Shown piece by piece: positions 12,583 through 25,506 of a DNA stretch of 64,000 nucleotides (position 1 is its first letter; each line of letters starts with the position of its first letter). Origin of the DNA: Octopus sinensis (lineage: Eukaryota); assembly GCF_006345805.1 (NCBI RefSeq), contig NC_043003.1, positions 14,446,001 to 14,510,000 of the forward strand, written 5' to 3'. The position numbers and the translations under genes are program-made. The notes beneath the pieces were generated by a model. That model did no database searches, was not told the DNA's origin, and saw only the letters and a list, made by a program, of their open reading frames with translations.

Positions 12583-12812
12583 CATATATGTATGCATGTA
12601 TATGTTTGTGTGTCTGTGTTTGTCCGCCCACCATCGCTTGAGAACCAATGTTGGCATGTTTACATCCCTGTAACTTAGCAGTTCAGTGCAAAGACAACAA
12701 TAGAATAAGTACTAGGCTTACAAAGAATGTGTCCTGGGTTCAATTTGTATGACTAAAGGCGGTGCTGCAGCATGGCCGCAGTCAAATGACTGAAACAAAT
12801 AAAAAAAATAAG
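12232..12812 (+). mobile_element. family D CORE-like SINE with expanded internal microsatellite and an insert
   Basis: Head at 12232, AAAGAAGCCC end of the 5' half at about 12385, 3' half from about 12605. Confidence 0.75.
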
Positions 12813-13800
12813 AATAAACGGATAAAAAAAATAACCAAGTAAATAAAGAGAGAGAGAGAGGGAGGGGGCGGAGTGGGGGTGGAAGTGAGGGTGGAAGTTG
12901 GGGGTGGAGTGCTGTCTGAGAGTTCTCATGCTATCATTTATGCAATAGAATGAGATGTAGCATGAAAAACAAAAATAAAATGAAAAAAAACAAAGACAAA
13001 AGTTGAAGCAAGAACCGAATTAAAAATAAGAGAAAGCAGGAATCGGAAAATATAAAGCTGAAAACTACATGACATCTAGTTTGGGAAAACATTATGACAA
13101 AAGAAAAACGGTTGATTTCTATGTAGCACCAGAGCGTGACTCTTTTGCTATACAGTAGCTCAAGACCTATTTTTAAGCACAATTAATGAAGCTTAAAGGA
13201 AAAATAATATTAAACTTTTAGCTGAAATAATAAAACAAGAATTTAAAAACTAAAAAGAAAAAAAAAATAAAATATGGAAATAAAATATGAAAATAAAATA
13301 AAATTATTATTAACAAAAATATATATATATGTAAAAATATAATTAAAAATAAAATAATTTGTGCAAAGTTTAATTGAAGCTGTGCAGATGGATGCACTAA
13401 TGCTTGTAACGAATCGCAGATAAATTTTTGTGGTGTTCAAATTTTAAAGGTAATTTGAAGTAATTCTGTCATAAGGTTGATATTAATCTCCAAGCTGTGT
13501 TTTACAGCAAATATTGCAGAGATATTATGCTTAACATTAATTAATTTCTTACAGATTTTTAAGCTGTAAATATTTTTGACTGTTTTTTTTTCTTATATAT
13601 TTTTTATTGCTTTCTGTTTTTTTATTTTTTGGGGTTTTTTGAATTTTGAAATTTGTTTTTCTTTTTTTTTTCTGTCAAGTGTTCATCCTGTTTGCAACTA
13701 TAAACCTTCAATCCTAGTAATATCTACGCACACGCATATATGTGTGTGTATGTGCTTGTGTATGTACGTACATAGTGTACATAATAGTATATGATATATA

Positions 13801-13833
<33 letters not shown>

Positions 13834-14875
13834 CATACATACGTATATATATATTATATATTATATATATATATATTATTACACATGTATGTGTATGTGT
13901 ATGTGTATATATATATATATAGGGAGAGAGAGAGAGGGAGACATACACATACACGTATATACACAGAAGTGTGTGTGTGTGTGTGTGTATATATATAATA
14001 AAAGTATGTGTGTCTATGTATGTATACACTCACACACATACACACAAACACACACACACACACACATGGGAGAATGGACACTGAATGATGATGATGATGA
14101 TGACAATGACGCCGGCGATGAGATGACAACTACAATGATGATGATGATGACGATGATGATGTCGGTCATGATGATGATAACAATGATGATGATGCTGAGG
14201 ACTATGATGATGACAGTGATGATGATGAGAAAATACATGTGTGTGCATGTGTATGTATGCATGTGTGTAAGTGTGTGTCTCTGAGTATAGATTTTTAACT
14301 GTACTAAAACTGCGTCTCTTTGATTATTTAAGGAGGTTCCGACGAAGGATTCTTTGAGAATTTCTAATCAAATAACAAGCAGCATTAAACAACCAACAGC
14401 CAAACCTTTCAGTCCTGTCATTGCAAGATATATTTACTACACCCAGTTAAATGTTAAATATTAAATTAAACCTTATATATGTTCCTTCATTTATCAATCT
14501 GCTTCCTGACAGATATTTGAGGTGTGTTGCTTAAATTTTCCCAATCACAGGTGTGATCAATTAATGGGTAATGATTGATGAAGTTCCATTTAATGGGTAC
14601 AAATTGCTTTCCCGGACGCATATGTAACTGGCATTCCATTGGTTGTGATGACGAGGGTTCCGGTTGCTTGGATCAACGGAACAGCCTGCTTGTGAAATTA
14701 ACATGCAAGTGGCTGAGCGCTCCACAGACATGTGTGCCCTGAATGTAGTTCTCGGGGAGATTCGGTGTGACATGAAATGGGATAAGGCTGGCCCCTTTGT
14801 ATTACTGGTACAACTCGTTTTAGCCAGTAATACATGGTTGGGAAGTGGACTTCTTAACTACCCATGAAGTATATG

Positions 14876-15404
14876 TATCGTCATCATCGTTGGTGACGTT
14901 GTCATAATCATCATTATCATCATCATCATCCTCACCACCACCACCACCACCACCACCACCATCATCGTCTTTGTCATCCTCCTCCTCCTCATCATCACTG
15001 CTGCTGTAATCATCATCGTTGTCCTCCTCCTCCTCCTCCTCCTCATCATCATCACCACCATCACCGGCACTGCCACCGCTGCCACCACTACTACCACCAC
15101 CATTGCTGTCATCATCCTCATCCACATCTTTATCTTCCTCTTCCTCATCATCACCACCAACACCACGACCAGCATCACCTACCACCACCACAAACACCAC
15201 CGTCATTGTCATCATTGTCGTCATCATCATCACCATCATCACAACCACCATCACCACCATCATCATTGTCATCGTCATCATCATCATCACCATCACAACC
15301 ACCATCATTGTTGTTGTCATCTTCCTCATCCTGATCTTTATCCTCCTCCCCCTCCTTCTCATCACCACCACCACCACTGCTACCGTCATTGTCATCATCA
15401 TTGT
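14876..15404. repeat. cryptic trinucleotide repeat (CAT/CAC/CTC)n
   Basis: Direct reading; the ORFs here are poly-S, poly-M and poly-D artefacts. Confidence 0.9.
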
Positions 15405-15698
15405 GTACCATGTTCTCCGGTTTTTAGTTTATTTGTTGTTTTTGTCTTTGTTGCTAGCTTCTTACAAAGGGGTCTAATGCTCTTAGCTTAGACTTTTGTG
15501 GGGGCAACCAGATCAAACCATCTCAAGTGTAACTGCCCGAAACGGTTGTGATTTCTGGAACTTGACTGAGGAAAGAAATCCACGAATGACCTGTCTTTTT
15601 TTGCCTGTCCATTTTTCTCTTGTCCGCCTTTGTATTGTCTATCTGTCCGAACGTTTTAATGTCCTCTATTGCGTTTTTGTTCCATTTTTATATATCTG

Positions 15699-15787
<89 letters not shown>

Positions 15788-15819
15788 ATATATGTATATA
15801 TGTATCTGTAAATGTTATA

Positions 15820-16057
15820 TGTGACAATTGTTCGGTAGCCATGATAAAACTCTGAGTTTTGGATGCCGAGGTGGAAATCCATGCCACTATCTTTTAGTTA
15901 TTTGGCCATCAAAAAAATGCTATGAAAATGACCGTTAAATAAAGGGAATGTCATAACATTTTTTCCGATGGCCGGATAACTAACAGATGGTGGCGTGGAT
16001 TTCCACCCTGGCATCCGAAACTTGGAGTTTTATCATGGTTACCAAATAATTGTCACA
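15820..16057. mobile_element. fold-back MITE with long imperfect TIRs and TA TSD (Tc1/mariner-type)
   Basis: TGTGACAATTGTTCGGTAGCCATGATAAAACTC... is the reverse complement of ...GAGTTTTATCATGGTTACCAAATAATTGTCACA. The arms are about 100 bp and TA flanks both sides. Confidence 0.8.
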
Positions 16058-16138
16058 TATTACATTTACAGATAAATTCCTCTATTTACATAATATCGAG
16101 GCCTCTTTCATTCTTTTGTTGTCTTACCATTTTTATCA

Positions 16139-16170
<32 letters not shown>

Positions 16171-16282
16171 CTATGCATCTATCTATCTATCTATATATAT
16201 ATATCATATATGTATGTGTATACATACATATGCAATATATGTATGTATATACATATTACATATCTATATAAACACATATGTA

Positions 16283-16705
16283 GGCGCAAGAGTGGCTGTG
16301 TGGTAAGTAGTTTGTTTACCAACCACATGGTTCTGGGTTCAGTCCCACTGTGTGGCAAATTGGGCAAGTGTCTTCTACAATAGCCTCAGGCTGATCAAAG
16401 CCTTGTGAGTGGATTTGGTAGACGGAAACTGAAAGAAGCTTGTTGTATATATGTATATATACATATATATATATGTATGTGTGTGTATATGTTTGTGTAT
16501 CTGTGTTTGTGCCCCCAACATCGCTTGACAACTGATGCTGGTGTGTTTACGTCCCTGTAACTTAGCAGTTCGGCAAAAGAGACCGATAGAATAAGTACTA
16601 GGCTTACAAAGAATGGGTCCTGGGGTCGATTTGCTTGACTAAAGGCAGTGCTCCAGCATGGCCACAGTCAACTGACTGAAACTAGTAGTAAAAGATAGTA
16701 AAAGA
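16283..16705 (+). mobile_element. family D CORE-like SINE, full length
   Basis: Head, CORE-like block, microsatellite and 3' stem-loop tail all present. Confidence 0.8.
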
Positions 16706-16749
16706 AAGTATATAATATATATTATGAATGTGTATACATACATATGTAA

Positions 16750-16832
<83 letters not shown>

Positions 16833-17337
16833 CATATCACATATCTATATACACATATATATAATAGATTAAACTATACGTAGAGCTAGTATTCAGTATT
16901 AAAGAAAAAATATTTTTTCCTATAAATTTTAATTTTCTGCCATGTGTGATATCATATCTATTAAACCATGCTAACCTCCAATATGCTATTGAAGGTATCT
17001 AACCTCAAAAGCATGTGACAGTTCACTATTTGGCCTGTTGAGAGAACCATAATAGAATATAAAGTTGCAGAACACTTTTTTTTCAACGTAAAACAGAACC
17101 TCTAATCTGATTTTTAAAAAATATTTCTTTTTGTTTTGTCTTGTTTTGTTTATTTTTTTTTTTTTTGTTGTTTTTAGTTGAAATTCAAAATGAAAAGAAT
17201 AGGTAAATGCAAATCTCTGTCTCTATCACTCTCTCGTCTTTTCTCTCATCCTCTCTGTTTCTCTCTCTCTCTCTCTCTCTCTAACTATCTCACTTTCGCT
17301 CTTGCTCCCTGTCACACACACACACATATCACACACA

Positions 17338-17370
<33 letters not shown>

Positions 17371-17455
17371 TCATTTATATATATATGTATATTATATATA
17401 TGTATATCTACATCATAATCATTATATCTATATAAACATATATACACACATATAT

Positions 17456-17488
17456 ATGTATGTACATACTTATCTACCTATCTATCTA

Positions 17489-17557
<69 letters not shown>

Positions 17558-17586
17558 GTCTGTCTGTCTGTCTATCTGTCTGTCTA

Positions 17587-17629
<43 letters not shown>

Positions 17630-17773
17630 GCCTGTCTGTCTGTTTGTCTATCTATCCATCCATCCATCCATCCTTCCACCCACCATCCACCCACCCATCC
17701 ATCCCTCCCTCCCTCCCTCCCTCCATCCATCCCTCTATCCATCCATCCATCCATCCATCCATCCATCCATCCA

Positions 17774-17853
<80 letters not shown>

Positions 17854-17865
17854 TGCACATATGCA
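17456..17865. repeat. compound tetra-/dinucleotide microsatellite (TATC, TGTC, TCCA, CCCT, TC, TA, CA)
   Basis: Direct reading of the sequence. Confidence 0.9.
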
Positions 17866-18379
17866 CACATGCCAGTGGTGGATCTACCATAAAAACTAAT
17901 GAAGCTTCAGGGCCCTAATCCCGGAAGGACTCCTCTGAAGCAGCTTAACTTTTTTCATTCTGTCAATGTTTTTGCTTTTGCATTTTGCCATGTAGATTGC
18001 TGTTACCAGTCTTAATGGACATCATATCATACTTCTACACAGAGTCTAGACACACAGTGTCTAGCCATGAGTTGTTCACCTGCTGTTTCTGTCAGTTTGG
18101 AGTAGCTTGAAAATTAAAAGTACAAACGACTCGCAGATAATTTGCTTTACTTGAATCATTTTGGAAACTTCAGCGCTGCTCCTTCCATTGTCAAATATGT
18201 CTACTACTACGTCAGCATGGTAGAGATAGAAATTCTTATTTTCACACCATTATTTAATGACCAATGAAAGGGTTTGCTTCCTAATTTTGGACTTACAATC
18301 TCTTCAGTAGCTAAGAATTTTTTCTACTTTAAAAATTGTTTAAATATTACCTTGTACAAAAGGAACAATTCTTCATTTA

Positions 18380-19245
18380 TGACTAAATATTAAGTTGTGG
18401 ACCCTTATGCTGTTTTAACAGTCATTTGGGAAGGAGCTATGGAGTGTTTTAACAAAACAAGTAAGAAACTCCAAACCCCTGGTTCTGATGTATTTGAAGG
18501 TTACCTTCTGCTAGAATCTTTGCTTTCATTTGCTAAAGAATTGTGAAAAAATTCAGCCGATAGGATTGCACTCTATGAACCAGTAGCAAAAGGTGTATGT
18601 AAATAAATCATCTCAAATTATTCTGAAATGCATTGTTACAAAGAAATTTGCAGATGGAACAAGTGATAGGGCTTCTTTGAAAAGGGGCTGAAAAATTTAG
18701 GATAGAAGTTCTAAATCAAGTCTATAACTGCTTGATAATCCAGTTAAGCAAGAGAATGGAGCCATATGAGCAGATTGGGAAAAGGTTCAAGTTTCTCGCA
18801 GAATTGATGAACAACTCAAAACTTGATGAAGACAGTTTCAAGCTTATAATATCACATTACAAAGACAATATTGACCACAAATTAATAAATGAGTGTTATC
18901 AGTTCAAGGAGGAAATCCTAAAACAGAAGGAAATACATCTAAAATGCAATGCACAGAAGGTCTTCAGCTTAATTATCAGCAACAACTAATTGAAGTGTCC
19001 CCTAATATTACCCCTGCACATAAGCTGTACTTGACAATGCCGGTCATGAGCTGTGAAGAGACAGAGAATTGCATTTACCTATTCTTTTCATTTTGAATTT
19101 CAACTAAAAGCAACAAAACAATAAAATAAAACAAAACAAGATAAAACAAAGTTTTCTTTTTTTTAAGAATGAATTTTGGTCTACCATGACTGAAGAGCGC
19201 TGGAATTCCTTACGCATGTTGTCTCTAGAAAATGACATTGCATGG
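18380..19245 (+). pseudogene. hAT transposase remnant (C-terminal dimerisation domain)
   Basis: Disrupted peptides ECFNKTSKKLQTPG, HKLYLTMPVMSCEE and STMTEERWNSLRMLSLENDI fit the hAT C-terminal pattern LT.PV....ERSFS.../STM..ERL..L..LS.E. A possible TIR, CAGTGGTGGATCTA, lies at about 17873. Confidence 0.75.
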
Positions 19246-19249
19246 ATTT

Positions 19250-19534
19250 GTTTGTTCCTTCTCAAGCCATGCCTAGCTCATAAGGGCTGGTTTCCAGGTT
19301 TCCTTGGAATATAGGTTCCCAGTCTGTTGCAAGTGAGCTGCAATATGCAGGAGGAAAGAGTGAGAGAAAGTTGTGGCGAAAGAGTCAGCAGAAGTTCGCC
19401 ATTACCTTCTGCCGGAGCCACGTGAAACTTAGGTGTTTTGCTCATAAACACACACATCGCCTGGTCTGAGATTAGAACCTGTGATCCCTTGACCATGAGT
19501 CCACTGCTCTAACCACTAGGCCATGTGCCTCCAC
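19250..19534 (-). mobile_element. SINE head/body A + Z-like tail
   Basis: Head and body similar to 405-570; tail GGAAACC.GGAAACC...ATGAGC similar to 9091-9150. Confidence 0.65.
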
Positions 19535-19689
19535 CACATTGCATGGATGCTGTCATATGACAAAACTGTTGCTACAAAAAAACAGAAAATAGAGTATTTT
19601 GTAATTTTCATATGTATCTTAATGATGGCATCAGGTATGTATATAACACTTCCATAATTTCCAAGCCCCATAACTCTAAAAGTATAAGG

Positions 19690-19960
19690 CATAGCCTGGA
19701 AAATATTTGTAGTGAACTGACATGGAACAGCCACATTGACAAAGATATTGGTGATTACCCACACCTTGTTTCTAGTGGAAAGAGGGTTCACTTTCAGACT
19801 CATCTTTAAGGACTCCATATAACAACTCCACCATTTGGGTTATCAGGGCCTCAATCTGGAGTTCCTTGCATGGGCACGAAAATTCTTTGACCCTTGTTGG
19901 ATGTTACCCTACTGTTGCTGGTTGTAAGCTTCAGAGCCTCGATAATCCACCACTGACACA
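19690..19960 (+). pseudogene. very degenerate CR1/L2-like RT fragment
   Basis: ELTWNSHID and LRTPYNN...IWSS resemble the LSW..HI and LY...RP.LEY...WS motifs; many disruptions. Confidence 0.35.
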
Positions 19961-19981
19961 TTTATATATATATATATATGT

Positions 19982-20190
19982 AGTTAATCCAAACATGAAA
20001 GTACAAAGAGAAAACACAACAACGCGAGGATGTGGAACAAGTATAGTGTTATTGGACACTCAGGAAAGGAAAGAAAGAAGGAGGATTTAACGTTTCGAGC
20101 GGAGCTCTTCGTCAGAAACACAGGAAAAGGAAAGATCCAAAGAAGGGGAGATGGAGAAAGAAAATCGCCAACGATACCCACGCAGTCACA
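19982..20190 (-). mobile_element. about 200-bp non-coding element in (TA)n carrying a minimal hammerhead (Penelope-like/retrozyme-like)
   Basis: Flanked by (TA)n on the left and (CA/TA)n on the right; hammerhead at 20085-20119. Confidence 0.65.
20085..20119 (-). ncRNA. minimal type-I hammerhead ribozyme
   Basis: GUUU CUGACGA A GAGC-UCC-GCUC GAAACGUU AAAU: catalytic boxes, 4-bp stem II, palindromic ACGU stem III and 4-bp stem I. Confidence 0.75.
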
Positions 20191-20525
20191 TAAACATACA
20201 TACATGCATACACAGATACATACATACATATATAAACATGTATACATATCTCTGTAAATATATGTGTGTGTGTGTGTTCAAACACTTTATTTTTTCCCAG
20301 TTCTTTTCTTCATATTCCGTTACTGCATAATCTTAGACATTTATGCACAAACTTTTTATACGGAGAAATAAGTCTGCATTTGAGATTCATGCTAACATTC
20401 ACTTAGAAAGGTTCATGGAAACACTGTTTCTCTCTCTCACATACATGCATACACGGATATATGTAAAACATATGTATACACAACACATATCACTTCCATG
20501 CGTGTATGCATGTATATACATACAT

Positions 20526-20564
<39 letters not shown>

Positions 20565-21307
20565 TATATGTATATATATATATATATATGTATATATATA
20601 ATATATAAAAGTATATATATTATGAATATATACAATATGTGTGTGTGTGTGTGAGTGTGGTGTATATATGTGCAGGCATGTATATATATATGTATGTATG
20701 GCAGATATATAACTATATATAAATATGTTTATATTAGATACAGGCATATATATAATGAGAGGGAGAGAGGGTGTGAGAGAGACAGACAGACAGAGGTATG
20801 TGTAGGTACTTAGAAATTCACATACAATATACAATTCACATAAAACAATATACATACATATATAAAAATATATACATATGTGATGTGCATTCACACATAA
20901 GCCCACAAAACTAAATTTATATACACACATGCTTTTTAACACACACACACACAAATACACACTCTTTCTCTCTACATATATATGTATAAAACATAATATA
21001 TATATATATGTACATGTGTGTGTATGTATATGCATACATACATATATACATATATATGCATATATAAATTCAAATCTATATACATATACAAACGTATGCA
21101 TGCGTGGGTGTACTCCTACATAGAGCATGCACTCACTCACACGTTTGTACATGCTTAGATAGATTCGCACGCTGATATATTCATAGAAACACCATTTCAG
21201 GCACATGTAGCTATATTCAAAGTATATTCATACATGTGACTATGCACACATGCACATGTACATATATACATGTGTATATCATCATCATCGTTTAACGTCC
21301 ACCTTAA

Positions 21308-21341
<34 letters not shown>

Positions 21342-21556
21342 GCATACACATGTAGGTATATATGTGTGAATATATATATATATATACACACATGCATACA
21401 CATGTAGGTATATATGTGTGTGTGTGTGTGTGTACATACATGGAAAAAAAAGCACCAAATGCAATCACTACCGAAAAAAAAAATAAATGGAAGTCACCAA
21501 AAACCCTTCCTCCTGAAGCAGTACCAAAAAAAGCACACACACATATACACACACAT

Positions 21557-21600
<44 letters not shown>

Positions 21601-21820
21601 GAAAAAAACAAAAATCCCAAATAAAAAGATAGTAAAAAAGATAATAAAAAAGAAGAAAAGAAACCCAGCAGAATACATTTGTCAGAATCTCTGAAAGGTT
21701 CAGAAAATGGACTGTTGATTATTTGTGACAGACATAGAAAATATTGAATTCAGAATTCTGTAAGTACTGAAGATTCTGAAAGCAGAATTTTCTCTCTCTG
21801 TAAGTACGGTAGCAGTGATG

Positions 21821-21865
<45 letters not shown>

Positions 21866-21900
21866 CATATTCATATACATATACATATATATGTATATGT

Positions 21901-21936
<36 letters not shown>

Positions 21937-22103
21937 CTATACACACACACACACATATATAGACATACACACATGTATATTTGTATGTGTGTGTATATAT
22001 ATATATATAATATATATATGCACAAACAAACATATATATATACATGCATATATATATATACACACACACACATATATATATATACATATACATATATATA
22101 TAT

Positions 22104-22139
<36 letters not shown>

Positions 22140-22659
22140 GTGCATACATACACACACACACATGTATGTTTATATATATGTGTGTTTACATATATGTATA
22201 TATATATGCATAGATATGTAAATATGTATGTACGTATGTATGTATGTATGTATGTATGTATGTATATACATATGTATGTATGTATCAGGATTAGCAGGTC
22301 AACGACAGAACAAGTGTATTACTCAAAGACATTTTTCTTAGCGCAGCAGTGTTTTATGGTTAATTTTTTACTTTTATTTTTTCATTGGTTTTGGTGTGTG
22401 GGAAGACATCAGTGGTTTTATTTATGTATTTATTCCTTTATTTGTTTTTATTTATTTATTTATTTATCTATTTTCTGTAAAATTAATAAAGTCCGTCAAT
22501 TCATTTGGAAATCGCATGTGATTAGATATTGGCCTAGTACGGGTAATGAACCAAGGTAAGTCAATCATCATCCTCATCATCATCATCATAATCATCATCA
22601 TGCTCCTCCTCCAACTCTTCATCGTCGTCATCATTATCATATGAAAGTCGTTATTTTGC

Positions 22660-23300
22660 TAATTTAATTAGCAGTAATAGTGTCCTGAGATTTTGGTGAT
22701 TTGGTGACAACAAGTCTTCTGAAATCTCAAAGAAGCTTTTATAAAATTCTTGCAGAATAATGGTTAATGGTTCGTTTTTGCAGCTGACACTACATGGTGT
22801 GACAATTTTAACATCATTTGGTGGTCTCTTGAGTAGCAATCTGGATGTTTTGCTGAGTGTAACAATTATCAGGAGAACAATTTTCACCCTTTATATTCCA
22901 TAATCTCTTCATCTCTCTCTGGTTCTGGTCTGTAATATTTCTCAGTTTTCCTAGTTTCCTTGATATCCATTCCACTCTCATATAAGATTGTAATCTCAAT
23001 GATCTTACAATGTTTGTTCTTTCTGTCCATTATTATTATGCCTAGTCTCCTTGTTTCAATAATGCAATCAGTCTTTTTGGAGAAATCCTTATAAAATCCA
23101 GTAATTGTCATTCACAATCACAGCTTCTGGATCATGTTCATACCACTTAGCTAACATCCCAATGCATCTTTTAGCAATTCCTGCCTCTGTTTATACTCTT
23201 TGTGCTAGATTACTGCACTCACTTAGGAGATGGTTGATACTTTCTTTCTCTTTTCAATACTTTCTGTATTAGCTGTGTGACTATTTTTTATCAGTTTTAT
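22660..23300 (-). pseudogene. RLE-type (R4/Dong-like) LINE 3' remnant
   Basis: Minus-strand peptides IIIMDRKNKHCKIIEITILYE...KETRKTEKY and REMKRLWN match the RLE PD-(D/E)xK region seen at 53700-53850. (CAT)n lies at its 3' flank. Confidence 0.7.
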
Positions 23301-24771
23301 CAATTTCTCTCTCTCTCCTCTTCTCCCTCTCTCTTTCTCTCTCTCTATGTATGTATATACATACACATACATATATATATATATACATATATATGTTCCC
23401 AACCACTGCTTGACAACTGGTATCAGTGTGTTTAGTTTCCTGTAACTTTCTGACTTAGTGGTTTGTCAAAAGAGTCTGATGAAATAAGTACCTTGGTTAA
23501 AAACAAAACAGTAAGGTTTGTTCATTCGGCTAAAAATTCTTCAAGGCAGTGCCCCAGCATGGCCGTAGTCTACTGACTGAAACAAGTAAAAGGTACCTTT
23601 TATCTTTTATCTTTTGCATGTTTCAGTTATCAGACCGTGACCATGCTGGGGCACCTCCTTGTAGAATTGCTTTTTTGTTTTTTTAGTCACATTGATCAAC
23701 CTTCTCTCCCCCACCCCCAGTACTTATCATTTTAATCCCTGGTACTTGTATTGGTCTCTTTTGCTGAACTGCTAAGTTACAAGGACATAAATGTATCAAC
23801 ACTGGTTGTCAAGCAGTCGTGGAGGACAAACATGGACACAAAGACACACACAGATATATACATTCACACACACACACACACACACATGCACACACACATG
23901 CATATACATACATGACAGGCTTCTTTCAGTTTCCATCTATGGAATCCAGTTATAAGACTTCAGTCAGCCGAATACTATTGTAGAAGGCCCTTTCCCATAT
24001 TGCCACACGGTGGGACTGAACCAAGAACCATGTGGTTGTGAAGCAAGCTTCTTACCACACAGCTGCGCATATTTGCATGTTCGTTACATTCCGCATGTTT
24101 GCATGAAACCACGCAGGGCAAAATGTTGACGTTATGCTGACACAACCAGTCAACAAACCATCCTGTAAGTTTGCACTTTCAAAGACAAGTGAAATAAAAG
24201 GCCACTTTTTCCTGTGAAAAAGCTGCTGAAAGATTAATAACAGGAATGACATTCGGTCGTAAAACATTGCCTCGATAATAAGGAACTGTCCGACCCATGC
24301 TAGCACCGAATAAAATCAATGTAAAGAAAATGAACTAAGCAATGGTGAGAGTCATTCAGTTCATGGAGTTATTGATTATATAGAGATGTGTCCTTTTGAT
24401 TATTCATCTTTGTCATCCGATGCTTCCATCGGTGTGTCTGATGTTATAGCTATTGCCTTAGGTTTAGATTTTAGCAGTTTGAAATCTAACCCAATGTCTT
24501 GAAAGAAGAATTTTGTTGTTACTGTGATAATCGATTTACCGCTTTTCAAATGACCGCTGCCAACAAGGACATGAGTGGACCTCCTTGCGAGTTGGAAATT
24601 CAGTTAATAATTGCCTTTTTAACTCTTTTATTTCCATATTTTTCTGTTGAAATACTATATGTTTGTTTTGGTTAATTTTGAAAAAAAGTGAAGAATTTTG
24701 TAAAATAACTGTCTTTATTGAACTGTTGTTTAGAACAAAAATTGAAATGAAGTTTTGATGAAAGTTTTAGG

Positions 24772-24935
24772 TGCAGGAGTGGCTGTGTGGTAAGTAGCTT
24801 ACCTACCAACCACATGGTTCCAGGTTCAGTCCCACTGTGTGGCACCTTGGGCAAGTGTCTTCTACTATAGCCTCAGGCCAACCAAAGCCTTGCGAGTGGA
24901 TTTGGTAGACGGAAACTGAAAGAAGCCTGTTGTGT
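24772..24935 (+). mobile_element. family D SINE 5' half running into (TA)n
   Basis: Head + CORE-like block; the 3' half is absent and replaced by the hammerhead element. Confidence 0.8.
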
Positions 24936-25100
24936 ATATATATATATATTATATATATATATATATATATATTTATATCTCGTTCAGAGATTTATTATTG
25001 CTTGTTTACACTTTTTCGATATCAGTGACTTTTCGGCACTGGAAAAAGGATATATGTATTTGCAAAGGGAACCCATATTTCATTGACAATCGGTGATTGT

Positions 25101-25145
25101 CACATGCTGATGACAGGTCAATACCCAGAAACTTGAGTCCGTGTG
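25101..25145 (+). ncRNA. type-I hammerhead ribozyme inside a long hairpin
   Basis: CACAUG CUGAUGA ca-GG-UCAAUA-CC-ca GAAAC-UUGA-GUC CGUGUG: 6-bp stem I, GUC cleavage triplet, partly decayed stem II. Outer 25-bp inverted repeat at 25057-25081 and 25168-25192. Confidence 0.7.
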
Positions 25146-25468
25146 TATCATGTCAGATTGAAGATGGGAAATATGGCTTCCCTTTGCAAATAGTGATAGG
25201 GCACGGAAAGTGTGTCAGTAGCCAGCTGGAGGAGGTTTCCTCCTGGGGCTACAAGCTACAGGAAAGAGACTAGTTGATTACATCGGTCCTGATACATAAC
25301 TGGTACTTTTTTTTTCAACCCTAAAAGTATAAAAAGCAACATCAACCTTGGCAGAATTTGAACTCAGGATTTAAATACGGATGAAATGTCACTAAGCATT
25401 TTGCCTGACATGCTAACGATTCTGCCACCTCACTGCCTCAATAAAAATTAGTAATAATAATAATAATA

Positions 25469-25506
<38 letters not shown>

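Noticed and set aside
13040-13160. KAENYM...DFYVAPE kinase-like words
   Set aside because: The spacing is far too short for kinase subdomains VIb-VIII and there is no DFG; likely chance.
14820-15477. Poly-D/E/G and poly-S/P ORFs
   Set aside because: Cryptic trinucleotide repeat; same reasoning as above.
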